64,000 nucleotides of DNA from Eledone cirrhosa (Eukaryota): contig OZ024740.1 in NCBI GenBank assembly GCA_964016885.1, positions 227,602,001-227,666,000 of the forward strand, written 5' to 3'. The stretch's first letter is position 1. The number at the start of each line of letters is the position of its first letter. Of this stretch, positions 15,567 through 30,039 are shown piece by piece. The translations under genes and the position numbers were made by a program. The notes under the pieces were generated by a model. It saw only the letters and a program-made list of their open reading frames with translations. It had not been told where the DNA came from and did not search any database.

Positions 15567-16586
15567 GCTATCATTTTTAAGCTGCTATATCATCCAACCA
15601 AAAGCTTTTAAAGCATTGGAGTAATATCATCATTATACAGTTCATTTCCAAATAAACATCCCTTGGAAATGACAGATTTCAAAGAGGTGCAATGTTTTTT
15701 TTTTTAAATGAATCATGGATTGTAAACATCAATGTATGTGCGCAATTGTATGTAATGTGTGTATGTCTGTGTGCATGTAAATATAAGTGAGTGTATATCC
15801 AGATTGCATGCATGAATGGACCCGTAACTCCTGAGGGAGTCGTTGGGGCGCCATATTGACATACAGCGTTTCTATGGCATTTTTAAACCTGGTGGAGCCC
15901 ATTTCCTCTTCAGGATATCCAGATTAGCAGCAGCTAAAATGATGAAAAATTCTCACATATTCTTTGATAGTTAAATATTTTATGGCATAAATCAAACAAA
16001 AGAATAAATGAAAAGATAAAAAGAAACAATTTAATTTCTTTTTCTCTCTCTTTATAACAAATAAACAATTTTATCTCAATTAATCATCAGTTTATTATTA
16101 AAATAATGTTCAAATTTGAAAAACTAATGATTTTTTTTTTTCAGTTTCTTTAAAATGAATTGTTGCTACTGGTATTAGACTTAAAGATGTGTTGAGATTT
16201 CCTAAATAAATAAATTTGTTTTCTTTTTATCACATAACATCTTTAATTAATTACAAATAAAAAAACACCTACTGCTACTACTATAGAAATTAGTACACAT
16301 ACTTCGTTAAGGATATATTGTACTGAAGTGCCCATATTCAACTGGTTCAATCAAACACATGTGCCTGCTTGCCTTAGTACAGTTTGTCAACTATTTATAC
16401 ATATATGTGAATATATATATATGTGTATGTGAAGTAAATAATGTGTACTAACAGCAGGTTATGATGTGCTTACATAAGATTTATCCTCTTTCATTATATA
16501 TATATATTATATATATGTATGTACATATATGCATATATATATATATAGACATATACATATATATATATATATAGACATATACATAT

Positions 16587-16622
<36 letters not shown>

Positions 16623-17013
16623 GATGAGGAAAATGAAATTAGTTAAATGAATTAATATTTTCTCTTGAATAGGTGCAAGGTCAAATTTTCAGAAGTCTTG
16701 TTTAGGGATTTGAATGGTTCAATACTAAAGTGACAAGTAACAGAAAAAAACCATAGAAGTTAAATTTCTTTCTCTTCATCTTAAGACAGTATGCTATGTT
16801 AAACAACAAAGCTGACACAGTTGATAAAAGAATCTTTTCAAAATATATGTGGGGAGTTTTTCGTTTTAGAATTTCTATCAGCTTTTTTTCTCTACCACAT
16901 CAACACCTTTTCAAAATAACTACGACTACTATACAATTCCCCTCCCTGGTAACAATATCATCTGATCCCCACTTTTACAAACATTCCTATAACTACAGTG
17001 AGGTGTCAAAAGT

Positions 17014-17250
17014 TTTAATCTTTTTGATACCAATCCTGCCAAAACCAGCCCTGGTTCTATGAAAAAAACCCACCAATTTCAAACGATTCCTATATAAAAT
17101 TATATCTTCCAACATGATATTATACAAGAACCATACTTTAAGTTATTGTATTAGGAACAAAATAATTAATCATTTGAGTAAATCCTTCAAAATTCTGATT
17201 AATTAAAAGGGAGTATATTTCATTATAAATACAGTAACAAAAGGGTTAAA
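17014..17250. mobile_element. Degenerate TTAA-ended non-autonomous DNA element
   Basis: ttaatctttttgatacc...aaaagggttaa; similar ends at ~6130-6180 and ~27690-27742. Confidence 0.5.
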
Positions 17251-17605
17251 CCATTTATATACCAGAATATGAGGTAGACATAAGAGAGATATGTCAACTC
17301 GCCTAAACAGACTATACAAATAACATTCACAAGAAATAGAAGTTAGCTTTTGTTTAATAGGTTCAGTCCTAAACAGGTAAGCTCATTATGAAAACTTACA
17401 ATAGACCCCCCCCCCCCCCACACACACACACACTTCATCTTTCAATACCTCATGATATACTTCACAGCTTCTTACAATCGCACTTCAGAACACATTTTAA
17501 CAAAATGAAATAAATTAATAATAGAAAACAGTTGCTGCTGTTGTTACTGTTTTTACGGAAGACTACAGCAATGCGAATCGAACATTAAGTATAACAATGA
17601 TATCA

Positions 17606-17690
17606 ATAAGAAAAATATCAATAACAAAGATATTAATAAGAAAAATATCAATAACAAAGATATTAATAAGAAAAATATCAATAACAAAAT
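17606..17690. repeat. 30-bp tandem repeat, about 3 copies (aataagaaaaatatcaataacaaagatatt)
   Basis: Direct reading. Confidence 0.9.
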
Positions 17691-19724
17691 TATTGAAATA
17701 TTACCTTGAAAATATATAATTCGTCCTAATATAATTGAGTGTATTGAGGCTACAGTAAAAGAAACATCTCCATGATGCCATGTACACCAAACCTCATGAT
17801 AATGAAACAAACTTCTTAATCGTTCAGCTAAGCCTAGTCTTCAAACTCTCGTATCACTGCCACCACTTAGATGCTCCTTTTCAAAGGTTTTAAGAAATCA
17901 TGAGATATATAATTAGTGTGTCAGTTAAGGTAGCATGCTACAAGCATATTACAACAATAAGAACTATTACTCAATTACCAGTGGAGTAAGAGGAGTGGTA
18001 AAGTGCAGTACTCAAACTTTGTAGCATTTAGCTATGTCACTTTTAGGGGTTGAGTTCAAATCCAACTAAGAGTTCAATTTGTCTTTCAACTCAGGGGAAA
18101 GAGAAGCTCAATAAATGAGTACCAGTTATATAAGGGGGTGGATTCAATGCTTTCTAAATTGAGCCAATCATTAATAATCAATTAAAATATAACGTTTGAA
18201 ACAATAATTAGATATTTATTGAAATTTACTTTCTGGAAATGATATTAAAATGAACAACTAGTTAAGTTTCATTAATAAACTAATTAATTATAATCATTTA
18301 TTAAATTAATGGAAAATAAAAAATTTGAATATCATAGGAACAAATTTAAGTTTAAAATGAAATCATCTGAAATTTTGACCTTTCATCTCACCTTATAAAA
18401 CAAAATAGATTATAGTGAATGGAAATTTTAAAATAATAACATAAAATATTTATTTTAATTCCTTTCAACAGAAATATTTATTTGAAATATTCTTCAGTAA
18501 TTTTTCTCAGTCTTCTACCAGAGACAACCAATAATTTTGGTTTCTTTCATTACTGTTATTTATTTATCTCTTTCCTTTCCCATTACTTTTTAATTTGTTC
18601 TTCTCTTTGGGGGTTGTGATTAGAATATAAAACATTTTAACTTCTCAACAATATAATTTTAATAATAAATAAAGAAAAAAAAAGAAAAAAATCAGAAAAA
18701 TACAATTTTTCCAACAATTTCATATGTCTAAGAACAGTACTTATAAAAATGACAACAGACGAAATTAGAAACTTTCCCCAAAATATTGGAGTTCTTTTCT
18801 GGCAATTTTATTTAATTAATCATATGTTTTACCAAAATAATTTTGCGAAGTGGCTATATTTTAAACTTTGTTTTATTTAAATATATGCTCATTTTATTTT
18901 CTATTTTATTCTATTTTACATATATTATTCTGTTGCAAAGATAAACAACAAAAAACCCTAAATTTAAAAAAAGATGTTGCAATGATATATTCTGATTGTA
19001 CGATTATTTTTAAGTAATTAGCATTTTGATTATTAAAAGAACTCCAGAGAGAAACATGAAAATGGTTTTCCTTTCAGAGTTTTCATGACTGACAAACCAT
19101 TCCAATGAAACAGAAGGATGGACCATTGGGATTGTTTCTTATAAAGAAAATATTTATATGAAATCGTAGAGAAATTTTTTTCATCTAACAAAATACACTT
19201 ATCTTTTAAATGCTATTACCTTTTTTTGTCTTTATGTTAATTTTTCATTTTCAAGTAATAGACTTTTTCTTCAATTTTCACCATATACCTCCAGTAAGTT
19301 GTAGACAATAATGGTTTCGTTTTGCTGGAGAGCATGGTATAACATGTAAGCGTTTGCAAGCAAAAGCTATATTCAACTTGTGATCACCCTGATGCTGGGT
19401 CAGCAGCAGTATTTTCAAATCAAATCATCAACAGAAACAATTATGAAAATAAAACATTTTTTTGTTAATGAAGTTTCATTTTGTTTTGTTGTTATTTTCA
19501 CTTAATTCCTAAATATTGAAGTATTCCATGAGAATGTTAATAACTCTTTCATTGACAGACAACCATCAATCAGTGTTAGATTAACTGAGGTATACCACAG
19601 AATGATTTCATTACTGTGCAATGGAGGCTCCTATGGTAATATTTCCTGCATTCTTAGCAGTTTCATTGCATTTAGACTGAGTGTATTGAAGCAATGCCAC
19701 AACTTTCATCATCATTGTAACCAC

Positions 19725-19880
19725 AGTTGAACATTCCTGACTAAGTCTCTCCACAATTCCGGATTTTCCATTGTTCCTGGAAACTATTCCCTACTGAGGT
19801 TTGTATTATCTGCAAGTTGATTGATGAATGTTTGAGCAGGTCTTCCTGTCTGCATCTCCAGTGAGTTGGTTCCCATAACC
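19725..19880 (-). mobile_element. RTE/RTEX-type LINE 3' ORF relic
   Basis: Translates with a frameshift and a stop to LWEPTH..GRPAQTFINQLADNTNLSRE*FPGTMENPELWRDLV, a typical RTE-clade C-terminus. Confidence 0.65.
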
Positions 19881-21389
19881 CTAACCCTATACATAAGCCT
19901 GGCACTAGGGCTACCTCCCTACTTACCACCATAGGCGATGAGCTGGCGAGCCGCAGGTGTGAGCCTCGCGGGATGGAATGGTTCTTCCAGCACATCTCCC
20001 TTACCATCCTCCGAGGTAACACCTTCTCCATTCTGTCTGCCAGGGCTGTGGGGCGGCCAGTATGTGGGACCCCATTTTCTCATAATACAGAGAGATGGGG
20101 AGGGAAAGAGAGATAGAGACGATGACAGTGGGAGTTCAGTTCTTTTGTGTTCAGACACATTTGTCAAACTGTCGGTTTTATGAAACAATTGTACCATAAA
20201 TCATGTGACAGGTCGCAACACCACCAACAATACTACCACCACCAACACCATCAACAATACCACCAGCAACACAACCACTACCACCAACATCATCACCATA
20301 ACCAACACCACCACAGCTAACCACAACCACAACACCAACCCTAAACCTAGGGTAAGACTTAGGCTTAGTTAGGGTTATTGTTAGGTTTAGGGTTCGAGTT
20401 AGAAACCACAACATTAGAGAACGCTTATATATGGTTGTTTAACCTGCTGGAAATAGCAGTCAAATTCCCTAAAATCATATACACCCCTACCTTAAAATAA
20501 AATTAAAATGCGAAGAGTTTGAAAAAAATCAAAAAATCAAGACAGGATAGTCATACCTGAAAGGTTGTAATCAGAGGTCTGTGTAGGTAAAAATACTATC
20601 ATTTGCTATTAGATGATGACAAGCAAACAAGAGTTTCTATGTGGTCACTGAACTTGCAAGAAATAACAGCCAAAACTCACTCTAAAAGAAAAAAGATTCA
20701 AGAAGGACAGTAGTTGGAGTGGTTATGATTAGAAAACATTTGGGAGACAGACAGTGAATTGACAGAGTGGTAGAGTGACATATGACACTTTAAGAACTCT
20801 AAATTTTCCTCAAATCACACCCTATTCTTTTATTCCTGGATAAATAAAGATCATAAGTTTGCTCAATCATGGCAGAACAGTGAGAAATGGAATCTTTATT
20901 GGCTTCAATGATGAGTGATCTAATTGATCGATCAGCTACTTATTGAATTAACATGTAAGTAGCTGAATATTCCACAAGCACATGTATCCTAAACATAATT
21001 CTCAGGGAGAATAAACATGACACATTGTGTGACAACACAGCCTTTTGCATTAGATACAATCCATCAGAAGAATTTCTAAACAGTTTCTCTTAACTCAATT
21101 TCATTCATAAGTCAACTGAAGTCTCTTCTAAGCCGAAGCTCATCAGGCTTCCTCGGCGTTAAGAAACTAACAGTACAAGATTCTGCCTGGATAAGATGCC
21201 AGGCTATCGCAGGTTTAACTCCCTAACTACTACTGGTACTCATCTCAGCTGAGTGTATTGAGGCTACAGTAAAAGAAACATCTCCATGATGCCATGTACA
21301 CCAAACCTCATGATAATGAAACAAACTTCTTAATCGTTCAGCTAAGCCTAGTCTTCAAACTCTCGTATCACTGCCACCACTTAGATGCT

Positions 21390-21630
21390 CCCATGTCTTG
21401 AGACACATGAGGCAGCCAAAGTGCTCCAATGAGCATGGTCAATTGCATCTATCAATACATTATTGATAGATCTATTTACCTTTGTTGATGGATTTCAGGT
21501 TTCTGTCAATTGTCTGCCACCAGTTCATCTTCAGACATCCTCTTTACCTCTTTCTATGGACCTGATTAGCATATCTCTCACTTGGGAGTTGTGTCTCAAC
21601 AAGCCAAGTCGATATTTGTACATGATGTTA
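21390..21630 (-). mobile_element. Degenerate RTE-type LINE 3' end
   Basis: ..RKR*RGCLKMNWWQTIDRNLK..DHAHWSTLAASCVSRHG. Confidence 0.5.
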
Positions 21631-23129
21631 GACATTTATTGACAGTGAGTTTGTTGACCAACTCCTTTGTTGGTGATAAAGTCATTCCTCCACCATAAAT
21701 TCATTATTCATTTTTTTTTTTCGGTGGTTTCAATTGCTAAGCAGATCAACCAAAACACCAGATGTTATGCAGTTAAGAAGTTCACATCACATGGTTCTGT
21801 GTTCAATCCCATAAAGTCAAGTTGGTTAAATACCATGTGAGTGAAATTTTCTAGATGCAAACTGTATGGAAGGCCAGCATATATTATTAAAAGATTTAAA
21901 CATTAGCAAGAAAGTTTAAAAAAATAGAAAAAAAAATTATTTTCAAATGAAGTCCTTTACATTATTTTAACTTCAAGTTACAGACACTTCCTTTGCCAAC
22001 CTCACCATCATAAATGCAGTGAATCAATGAGTGGTACATTAGAAATCTGTAAGAAATGATTCATACAACAATTAAAAAATAAATTTAAAAAGAACATTCA
22101 TATACACCTTACCTGTATCATTTCATTTATGTGACATAACAGCTTCATTTCAAGTCTCCAACTCCACAACTAATATCATCATCATTTTTACCAGTTTTGA
22201 TTGACCTGCTTAGCATGGATTAGATGGAAAAGATCACAAGGGGACACCTGAGCAATATTCCATTAGCACTGAGCTATATTCCAGAACCTCTGCCAGGCTT
22301 AAAAGTGCCCCAAAACTGCCATGTCATCACGGTGCCCCTATGACTCCATAAGGAGTTACGGAACCATACCATATCCCTGAACATGCAACATTATTTTTCA
22401 ACTTAGTATGCAACATTCATTCATTCTGACAAGGTCAACTTTACCTTCCATCCTTTTGAGGCTGTTAAATAAAAAAAAAAAACAGTTCAAAGCAGTGGAT
22501 TGGTGAAACTGTTAGAGTGTCAGGCAAGATGCCTTGCAGTATTTGTTCCAGCTGGTTGTGTTCTATATTCAAATACTGCTGTGGTCCACTTAAGTAGTGA
22601 ACTTCATCCATCACCTGGTCCTTGAGTGGCTTGAGCACTGTTGCAAGTATTTTGAGTTCCAAATCACATCCTTTAGGTCACCTCTATCCTTCAAACAGTC
22701 AATAAATGAAAAATGTCATGGATTTCTGCTATTTTCTCCATGACTAAACAATAAAAAGAAAATAGCAAGACCCAATTACAAGCACAAATGTCTATCATTC
22801 TTTTTATATGGATATTTCCTTGAAAAATGCTGCAAAAAAATAAATAAATAAATAAAATAACAAAATACAATTTATTAAACATTTTAAGTCAACAACAAAC
22901 TCAGTTATCTTTGCCATCAGTTCCAGTTGAACTGACCTTTTTTTTTTATTGCCAAGCAGGACATAGTACATTGAGTGTATATATACATATATATATAAAT
23001 ATATATATTATCATAATCATCATCACCGTTTAACATCTATTTTCCCATGCTTGCATGGGTTAGACAGATCATCCATGTTATGTGGTAAGCCTGGCCAGTT
23101 GGCCACATACCTTGCTCAAACAGAACTGG

Positions 23130-23164
<35 letters not shown>

Positions 23165-24808
23165 CCAGTCACAACCATCAAATAGGCTTCTCATCATCAG
23201 TTCAAGAAATTCTCCATTAGCAATATATCATAATTTTACATCCATTTTTCCATGCTGGCATGGATATAAAGAAAATTCCAAGCTTTGGTCAATAGCTGCA
23301 ATTTTTCAGTTCATTTATTAAATTCTTTGCATGTGCCAGGTATTAACTAAAAACCAAGCTTTAATGAATTAATATCATTACAGAATTCAGTTTCAATTCC
23401 CTTACAAAATGTGCACTGACTTAGTTTTTATACTTCCATATTTTTTTTATATTTTTTCTTCAAATTCTTGTTTTTCATCATCAATATTATCATTATAATT
23501 ATTATTTTTAAAAAAAAGTGAAGAAATCCATGAAAATATGGAATTGATAAATATAAAAGACAAATAAATATATAAATTAAAAAATCTGCCTTCAACAATT
23601 TTTGTTGATGTTGTTGAAGTTTCTGTCGTGGAGCACAAGACAGACTGATAGAACCAAGAAAAGCAAAAGCACATGGCAATAAATAAAATCCATACATACA
23701 TATAAGGAAGTGTTTGTTTATATGTATGTATGTATGTAAATGCACACAGACAGACACACCAATGTGCAACATTTTTTAGGGGGAGGAAGGAGAAAAAAAA
23801 AAATCAAAGAAATGACTGAAGTTTAACCAAAAACATAAAAATGAACTTATAAAATATTGACACCGCTATTTGAACATGTCTTGAGCCATAAATGACAACT
23901 AGACTTTTTGATTTTTATTATTTCTTCACAAGTTTCAATAACTAATGGTACAATTAAAAAAAAGGAAAGGAGCCAATAATTAGATTGGACCAAGGGGACA
24001 ATGTTTCAATTAGTCTTTCCATTGCTGATACTATTTGCTGGTAACAACTCATTTCAGGGAAAGAGGCAGGATTTGAACTCAGAATGCACAAAGCAGGATC
24101 ACATACTGCAAAGGATTCCACCCAACTCTTTAACAAGTCTGCCAATCCACCACTTCGGGACTGGTATTTTATTTATCAATCCTGAAAGGTTGAAAAGCAA
24201 AGTTAACCATGGCAGGATTTGAACTTAAACTGTAGAGAGCTAGAAAAAATCCAACTGCCTAACACCTGCCAATTCGCCACCTACAGTTAAAATGAGGTGA
24301 GATTTATCCAAATAATGATTTGAAAGACAGCTATCCATTTAGTTATCAGTGTCTAAAGCACACATCATCACCATCAGTTTTTTTTTTTTTTGTTTTTTTC
24401 ATCACCTTTTCAATGCAAGCATAGTTTGGCTGAAAGTTTTTCTATAGCCATATGTCCTCCTGATACCAACACATACTTTATTTTAAGTATGGAATAACCA
24501 ATAACCTTTATCGAACTGTTAAGTTGTGAGATGTATTGATTATGTGGGACATAAACATCACCACTTGCTTTAAATGATGGTGATGCAAAGTTATATGGAG
24601 ACATACACACACACAAAATAGATATGAGTTTGATATATATATAAGAGATGAGGGCATTTAATACATGATTGATAGAGTTTAATCAACTGCTAGAATTTAA
24701 GATGGCTACAAATTGTTTTGGGTATTTATGTCATAGTCGCATAAAACCTTGTAGGCCTCCTGACTCACATGGAATATAGTTGATTGTATTATATTATGAA
24801 TGAATATA

Positions 24809-24876
<68 letters not shown>

Positions 24877-26849
24877 TATACACATGTATATATGAGAAAA
24901 ATGGAGATCTTTATGGAAGTAATACTGAACAAGATATAGAAAATATAATACTTCCCCTCGTTGTTACATTTTTCTAATACAGGTGTCAAAAAACAAAAAG
25001 GTAAAGTTAATGCAAATACATTACACAGAAGATATATCGTTTTGCCTTGTTTCTTTGTTAAGGAATTTATAGGAAAATTTCAGAAGAAAGCAAAAATATG
25101 AAACTAAAATAAGATCACCTTATTGATATTGGAATGACCGATATCTAAACCCTGATACTACCCCTGCCAAGTCTCTTGAACAATTGCTACGAGCAATATA
25201 CATATATTATTTTTATATATAATTTATTTCAAGATTTGTATTTAAGATATTCAATGATATTTTTTTTTTTTTATTTTTTTTTTACACTTTAGTTTCAAGT
25301 TACTAATATAAATAGTGGACATTAATTTCCATAGATTCCAAGATATGGCAGTATGTTGTAGATTCTTTATAACATTTTAGCTCAATGGGAATGAATCATT
25401 GACTAATTGATGGAAATCTTTACTTGAGAATATTTAACTTCTAACCAGTTATCAAAAACAAATGAGAAACAAAGTAAAAGTTCCATTTAACTAAACTTAA
25501 AGTTATTAGTGTGAGAATCCACTCCACATCCACAGCAAAAAGGAGTGTGAATGTTTCAAATCAGAAACAAAGAATACAGATCTGTGAACATTGTCTTAGC
25601 TTCCTTTACATAACCTGAGCTTAAATATTGTTTATAATCCTTTAGAATTATTACAACTTGGTGTTACATAATTTTTTTGGGGGGCTGGATCCTCATCAAT
25701 TTCAACAATGACCATTCAAATTGTTCAATCAACCATGTGTCCAATTTGTAAACCAAGTTGTAAATGGTTGAGTATTCCAGACATATATAGCCTCAATATA
25801 ATTATGAAGTCAAATCAGTACAAAGAAACAATATGTGACAAGATAAGATAGAACCTTTGAATTGCAGGTACAATCCATTCAGTTTCTGCCTGCCCAGTTT
25901 CATTCATGACACTTGGTTAACCTGATACATTGTAAAGACACTTGCCCAATATTCCACACATTGGGGTCAAACCCACAACTTCATGATTTTGAAGTAAACT
26001 TCTTAATCACTCAGCCATGCCTGTGTCTACAATTTGTCAATAAGGTGAAATGCTTTTCTCAATAATTTTACACAGGTTGATCATGATGAGATAAAAACTC
26101 ATACATAGATGGTTAGTCAACAAAAAACTTATGGTTTGTACCCAGTTGGCTGTTGCAAGACAAGAAATCTATAAAAACAGATTTTATTTTAAATACTCTC
26201 AGCTTTCAAATAATCATCATCACCCTTCCATTAAATTTCGCTAATCTATCTCTGGCGAAATTTTATTTTAAGTCGTAGCATTCCTATGACAATTAATTTT
26301 CTTTATATATTAAAAAACATTATACATGACAAAAAAGTACATTACTAGAAATCTCATACATTATATAATAAATAGGATGGGTTGGGGTCTCAATATGTAA
26401 ACTAAACAACTAATTCTGGTTTTAAAAAAAATGAAGGCAAATAATCTAGAAAAATTACCACTCTCTGCTTATTCCAACCCCTGCCCCTATTTGGGACCCA
26501 AGAGTATATAAATGTTAGTTAAGAAATGACATATCAAAGAGAAAAAAAAAAAGGAAAAACAATTTTAATTCAGCTGAAAACCTAAACATGCTGCAGATAA
26601 CTTCTGTAAATAAGAGTTATTATTCGATACTCAAAGTTTTAATGAAGATCATAATTATAATATTTAAAAAAAATAGAAAAGGAAAATGTGTTAAAGCCAA
26701 AACGTTTCCACTTTCAAAATATGAAAAAGTGTTGAAAACCCATTAATAAAAACATATTGAAAAAGAGATCAGTAACATCACTTTATAGTGTGTACTGGAT
26801 ACACTTATATATGTATACATATACACACATTTTATATTTATATATATTT

Positions 26850-27060
26850 ATTATTAGTAGAGATTAAAGTTTAGGCAAAGAATTTCTGCTTTCACCCTAT
26901 ACAGGATCTTCTGAAACTCAGAAATTCTTTGCTTAAACTTTAATTTGTACTAATAATAAACATTTGCTCTACAGGTTTATATATACTTATATATATATAT
27001 ACATACACTCCTTATTGCGCCATCTTCGGATATTGGTCTTTGTATTTATTATTACTATAT
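26850..27060. mobile_element. Short foldback repeat with a hammerhead-like motif (family H3)
   Basis: Inverted arms ttattagta..attaaagttta.gcaaagaatttctg; same family at 54340-54490, 58030-58280 and 61675-61860. Confidence 0.7.
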
Positions 27061-27974
27061 ATATATATATATATAAACTTTAAAGAAAATTGGTACTTAT
27101 TTCAATATTATTGGCATTAAGTGACTGAGACTACACAACTTACTCCTGCACAAGACACCAGTCCATCACAAGGTTAATCCTCACAGCAACTGCTGGTACT
27201 AATTTTTAGCTGAGTATACAGGAGCAACGTGAAATGAAGTGTTTTTTCTCAAGAACACAACATACAACCCAGTCCAGGAATCGAACTCACAACATTATGA
27301 TCATAAGTCCAACAGCCTTACCACTAAGCCACACACCTCCACTATAAGAACCCACCCCTGTTATCTCAGCAGAAAATATTAATCAACCACACAGGGCTGA
27401 TTAACAAAACATTTATTGTGTAATTACATTTAAGTATCTCATGTTATTGAAGCATAGAGCTCAAATTCATACATAAAACTTGGATGGTATTATTTTTTAG
27501 CCAAATTTGACAAGTAATTTTGAAAACAATCAAAAATTCAGAGTGATTTTGTAAAACATGTTTTTGTTTTTCAATAATTTCATTATTAAGCTGGTATTCA
27601 GAACATAACATAAAAAAAAACAAAAGTTCTAATTTGAAATTATGATGGAAGGTTTTAATTAAAATATTAACACCCTAAAAAAAAAAGGTTTGTATCATTG
27701 AACCAGGGCAGATTACAGGAGAGTGGATATCAAAAGGGTTAAACACATAAAAGAATGTCACCCTTAAATATTTTCTGCTCAAAGATAAGCCGATCAAAAG
27801 AGGGTGAGCAGGTGGGCCAGTTGGTATAGGCCTACTCACCTCAAGTTTTTAGTTGTTTTTATTCTGTTACTTGTAAGTACATCATCAACACTATCTGATG
27901 CCTCCATAACCCGCATATAAATCATAAATATTTAGTATTGATCACTAAAATTCTTTTTGAGCAGTTTAAACTGG

Positions 27975-28390
27975 AGCCTATATTTCACATCTAACCTGGT
28001 CCTATTGACATTTCACATCCAACTTGAACCTATTACCAACTTTGGAAGTTCTACTTTCTACATGACCTGGGCCCATTAGAAGGTTCTACATTTCATATCT
28101 GACTTGAACCTATTACCAACTTTGTAAGTTCTACCTATTACAATTGGCCTGGGCATTTTTACCAGCATTAAAGGTTCTACTTAAACATCTGGCCTGGGCT
28201 TATAATCAGTGTTGGAGATTCTACCTTTTACAACTGACCTGAGCTTATTACCAGCGTAGGAGGTTGAACTTTGTACATCTAGCCTGGGCTTATTACCAGC
28301 GTTGGAGGTTTTACTTTTCACATCTAGCCTGGGCTTATTACCAGAATTGGAAGTTGTACTTTTCACATCTGGCCTGCGCTTATTACCATT
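27975..28390. repeat. 45-bp minisatellite, about 9 degenerate copies (catctagcctgggcttattaccagcgttggaggttttacttttca)
   Basis: catct recurs at 28276, 28321 and 28366. Confidence 0.9.
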
Positions 28391-29689
28391 TTTGTTCAGG
28401 CTTACCCAAGATTAATTGTCCAAGTCAGCTCTACTATGACCTAGTCTTGCCAATAACCAAATTAATGAAGAGTGGAATTAAACACATTCCATTATTTTTT
28501 TTTAAAACACTTTAATATTTTTTGTTTTTACAATTATATTCAAATATTTTGAAATAAAAAATTCATCTGAATATAATTTCAAATAAAGATCAAATATTAT
28601 TCAATCTTTTTAGCTCCAAGAAAAAATATCCCTTTCTCAAATTATGCTCCAAATATTTAAATATTTAAATAATAAGAAAAAATGTACATTAGAATTTGTT
28701 CCAGCCATTATCTTGCTTGTTATCATCATTATCATTTTTTTATTTTCTGCTCAAATCGTCCTTAAGATATTGTCTTATTAAATACAGGCTCAGTAACTCA
28801 TATATCATCACTGGCATTGTTCTGTGTCCTGCCATGGATAAGTCCACCTGGAGGGATATAAATAAATAGCATAAGGAAGTAGAGTTCACATCTGTACACA
28901 TAACAGAAGCACTGGCATATAACTGATGGAGATTTTAATAGCTTGAATTTTTAAAAGAAGTTCAAGTCTTTTGTGAGCCTTGAGGCAGAACAGGCTACAC
29001 TTGCTTGAGTGGTGTTTCTTCTCTGAAGACCTACCACTGTCCAGCTCTCCTGAGAGTTTCTCACCACCACAGTTTCATGTGGCATGAAGTAAATAAGAAT
29101 ACAACAATGAGCTCTGATGGAACGGCAGCCCATCACAAGGTTAAGTACACACCCTGCTACTAGTACTCATTTTTTTTTCAGCTGAGTGGATTGGAGCAAT
29201 GTAAAATGAAGTGCCTTGTTCAAGGACGTAATGAACTGCCCAATTTGGAGATCAAACCCATGGTCTTATCATCAAACACTAAAACCAATAGGTCACACAA
29301 CTTTCACGTTAGCTTGAAATGCTAGGTTTATGTTTATTAGACTGGAATCTAGAAGACATCTCCCAAAAACTTAACCATTTGATTTTTTTTTTAAATAAAG
29401 AACTAACCCCAACCACTTCTACACCTAGAAATGGGTAAATAATAAAAACAAAAGAAACCAGACAAACAAAAGTCAATCATTTATCTCTGCCGGTGACATA
29501 GATTAAACAATTTCAACAGCTGAACAGTAAAATGGGAATGTTATGTATTTTAATCAAATTATTATAAAACAAATAGGGGCAATGTATTTTACTTGATGGT
29601 GGCAAACTCAATTTAAAGCCCTATGGAGTCAGTAACCCAATACTTTCATCATTTTAATCCCTGTAAGATAAACCTAATAGAAGATATAC

Positions 29690-29963
29690 CAGCAGTTCCC
29701 AACATGGGGTCAGCAAACCCTTGGCAATCTGCAAAGGTGGTTCATGAGCTGAGTTCAACATTTCAAATAATTTGATAAAAACACAATATGCACACACTAT
29801 TAGGTATCCATTCTGCTCTAAGTATAAACATTTCACTCTTTTTCTCTTGTTTGTTATGCTCACACTATAACAATTGAAAAATGAACAATTGTAGAGGGGA
29901 AGTCAGTATGAAAATTCATTTAAATAAAAGAGTCCTTGGTAATGAAAAGGTTAGGAACCACTG
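29690..29963. mobile_element. hAT-like MITE
   Basis: TIRs cagcagttcccaac / gttaggaaccactg; imperfect 8-bp TSD agatatac / gtatatac. Confidence 0.7.
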
Positions 29964-30039
29964 GTATATACTCTGAACATTATACTAAATTTACTGAAAT
30001 ATATATATAAACACACATACATACAGGTGTGCATGTGCA

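Noticed and set aside
15838-15853. tggcgccccaacg resembling a tRNA-Lys primer-binding site
   Set aside because: Imperfect match with no LTR or gag/pol nearby.
20338-20402. True telomere
   Set aside because: Only a few degenerate TTAGGG units, in mixed orientation and interstitial.
28951-29136. Alternative JARID2 terminal exon
   Set aside because: No suitable acceptor; overlaps a SINE tail; a better terminal exon lies at 31641-31763.
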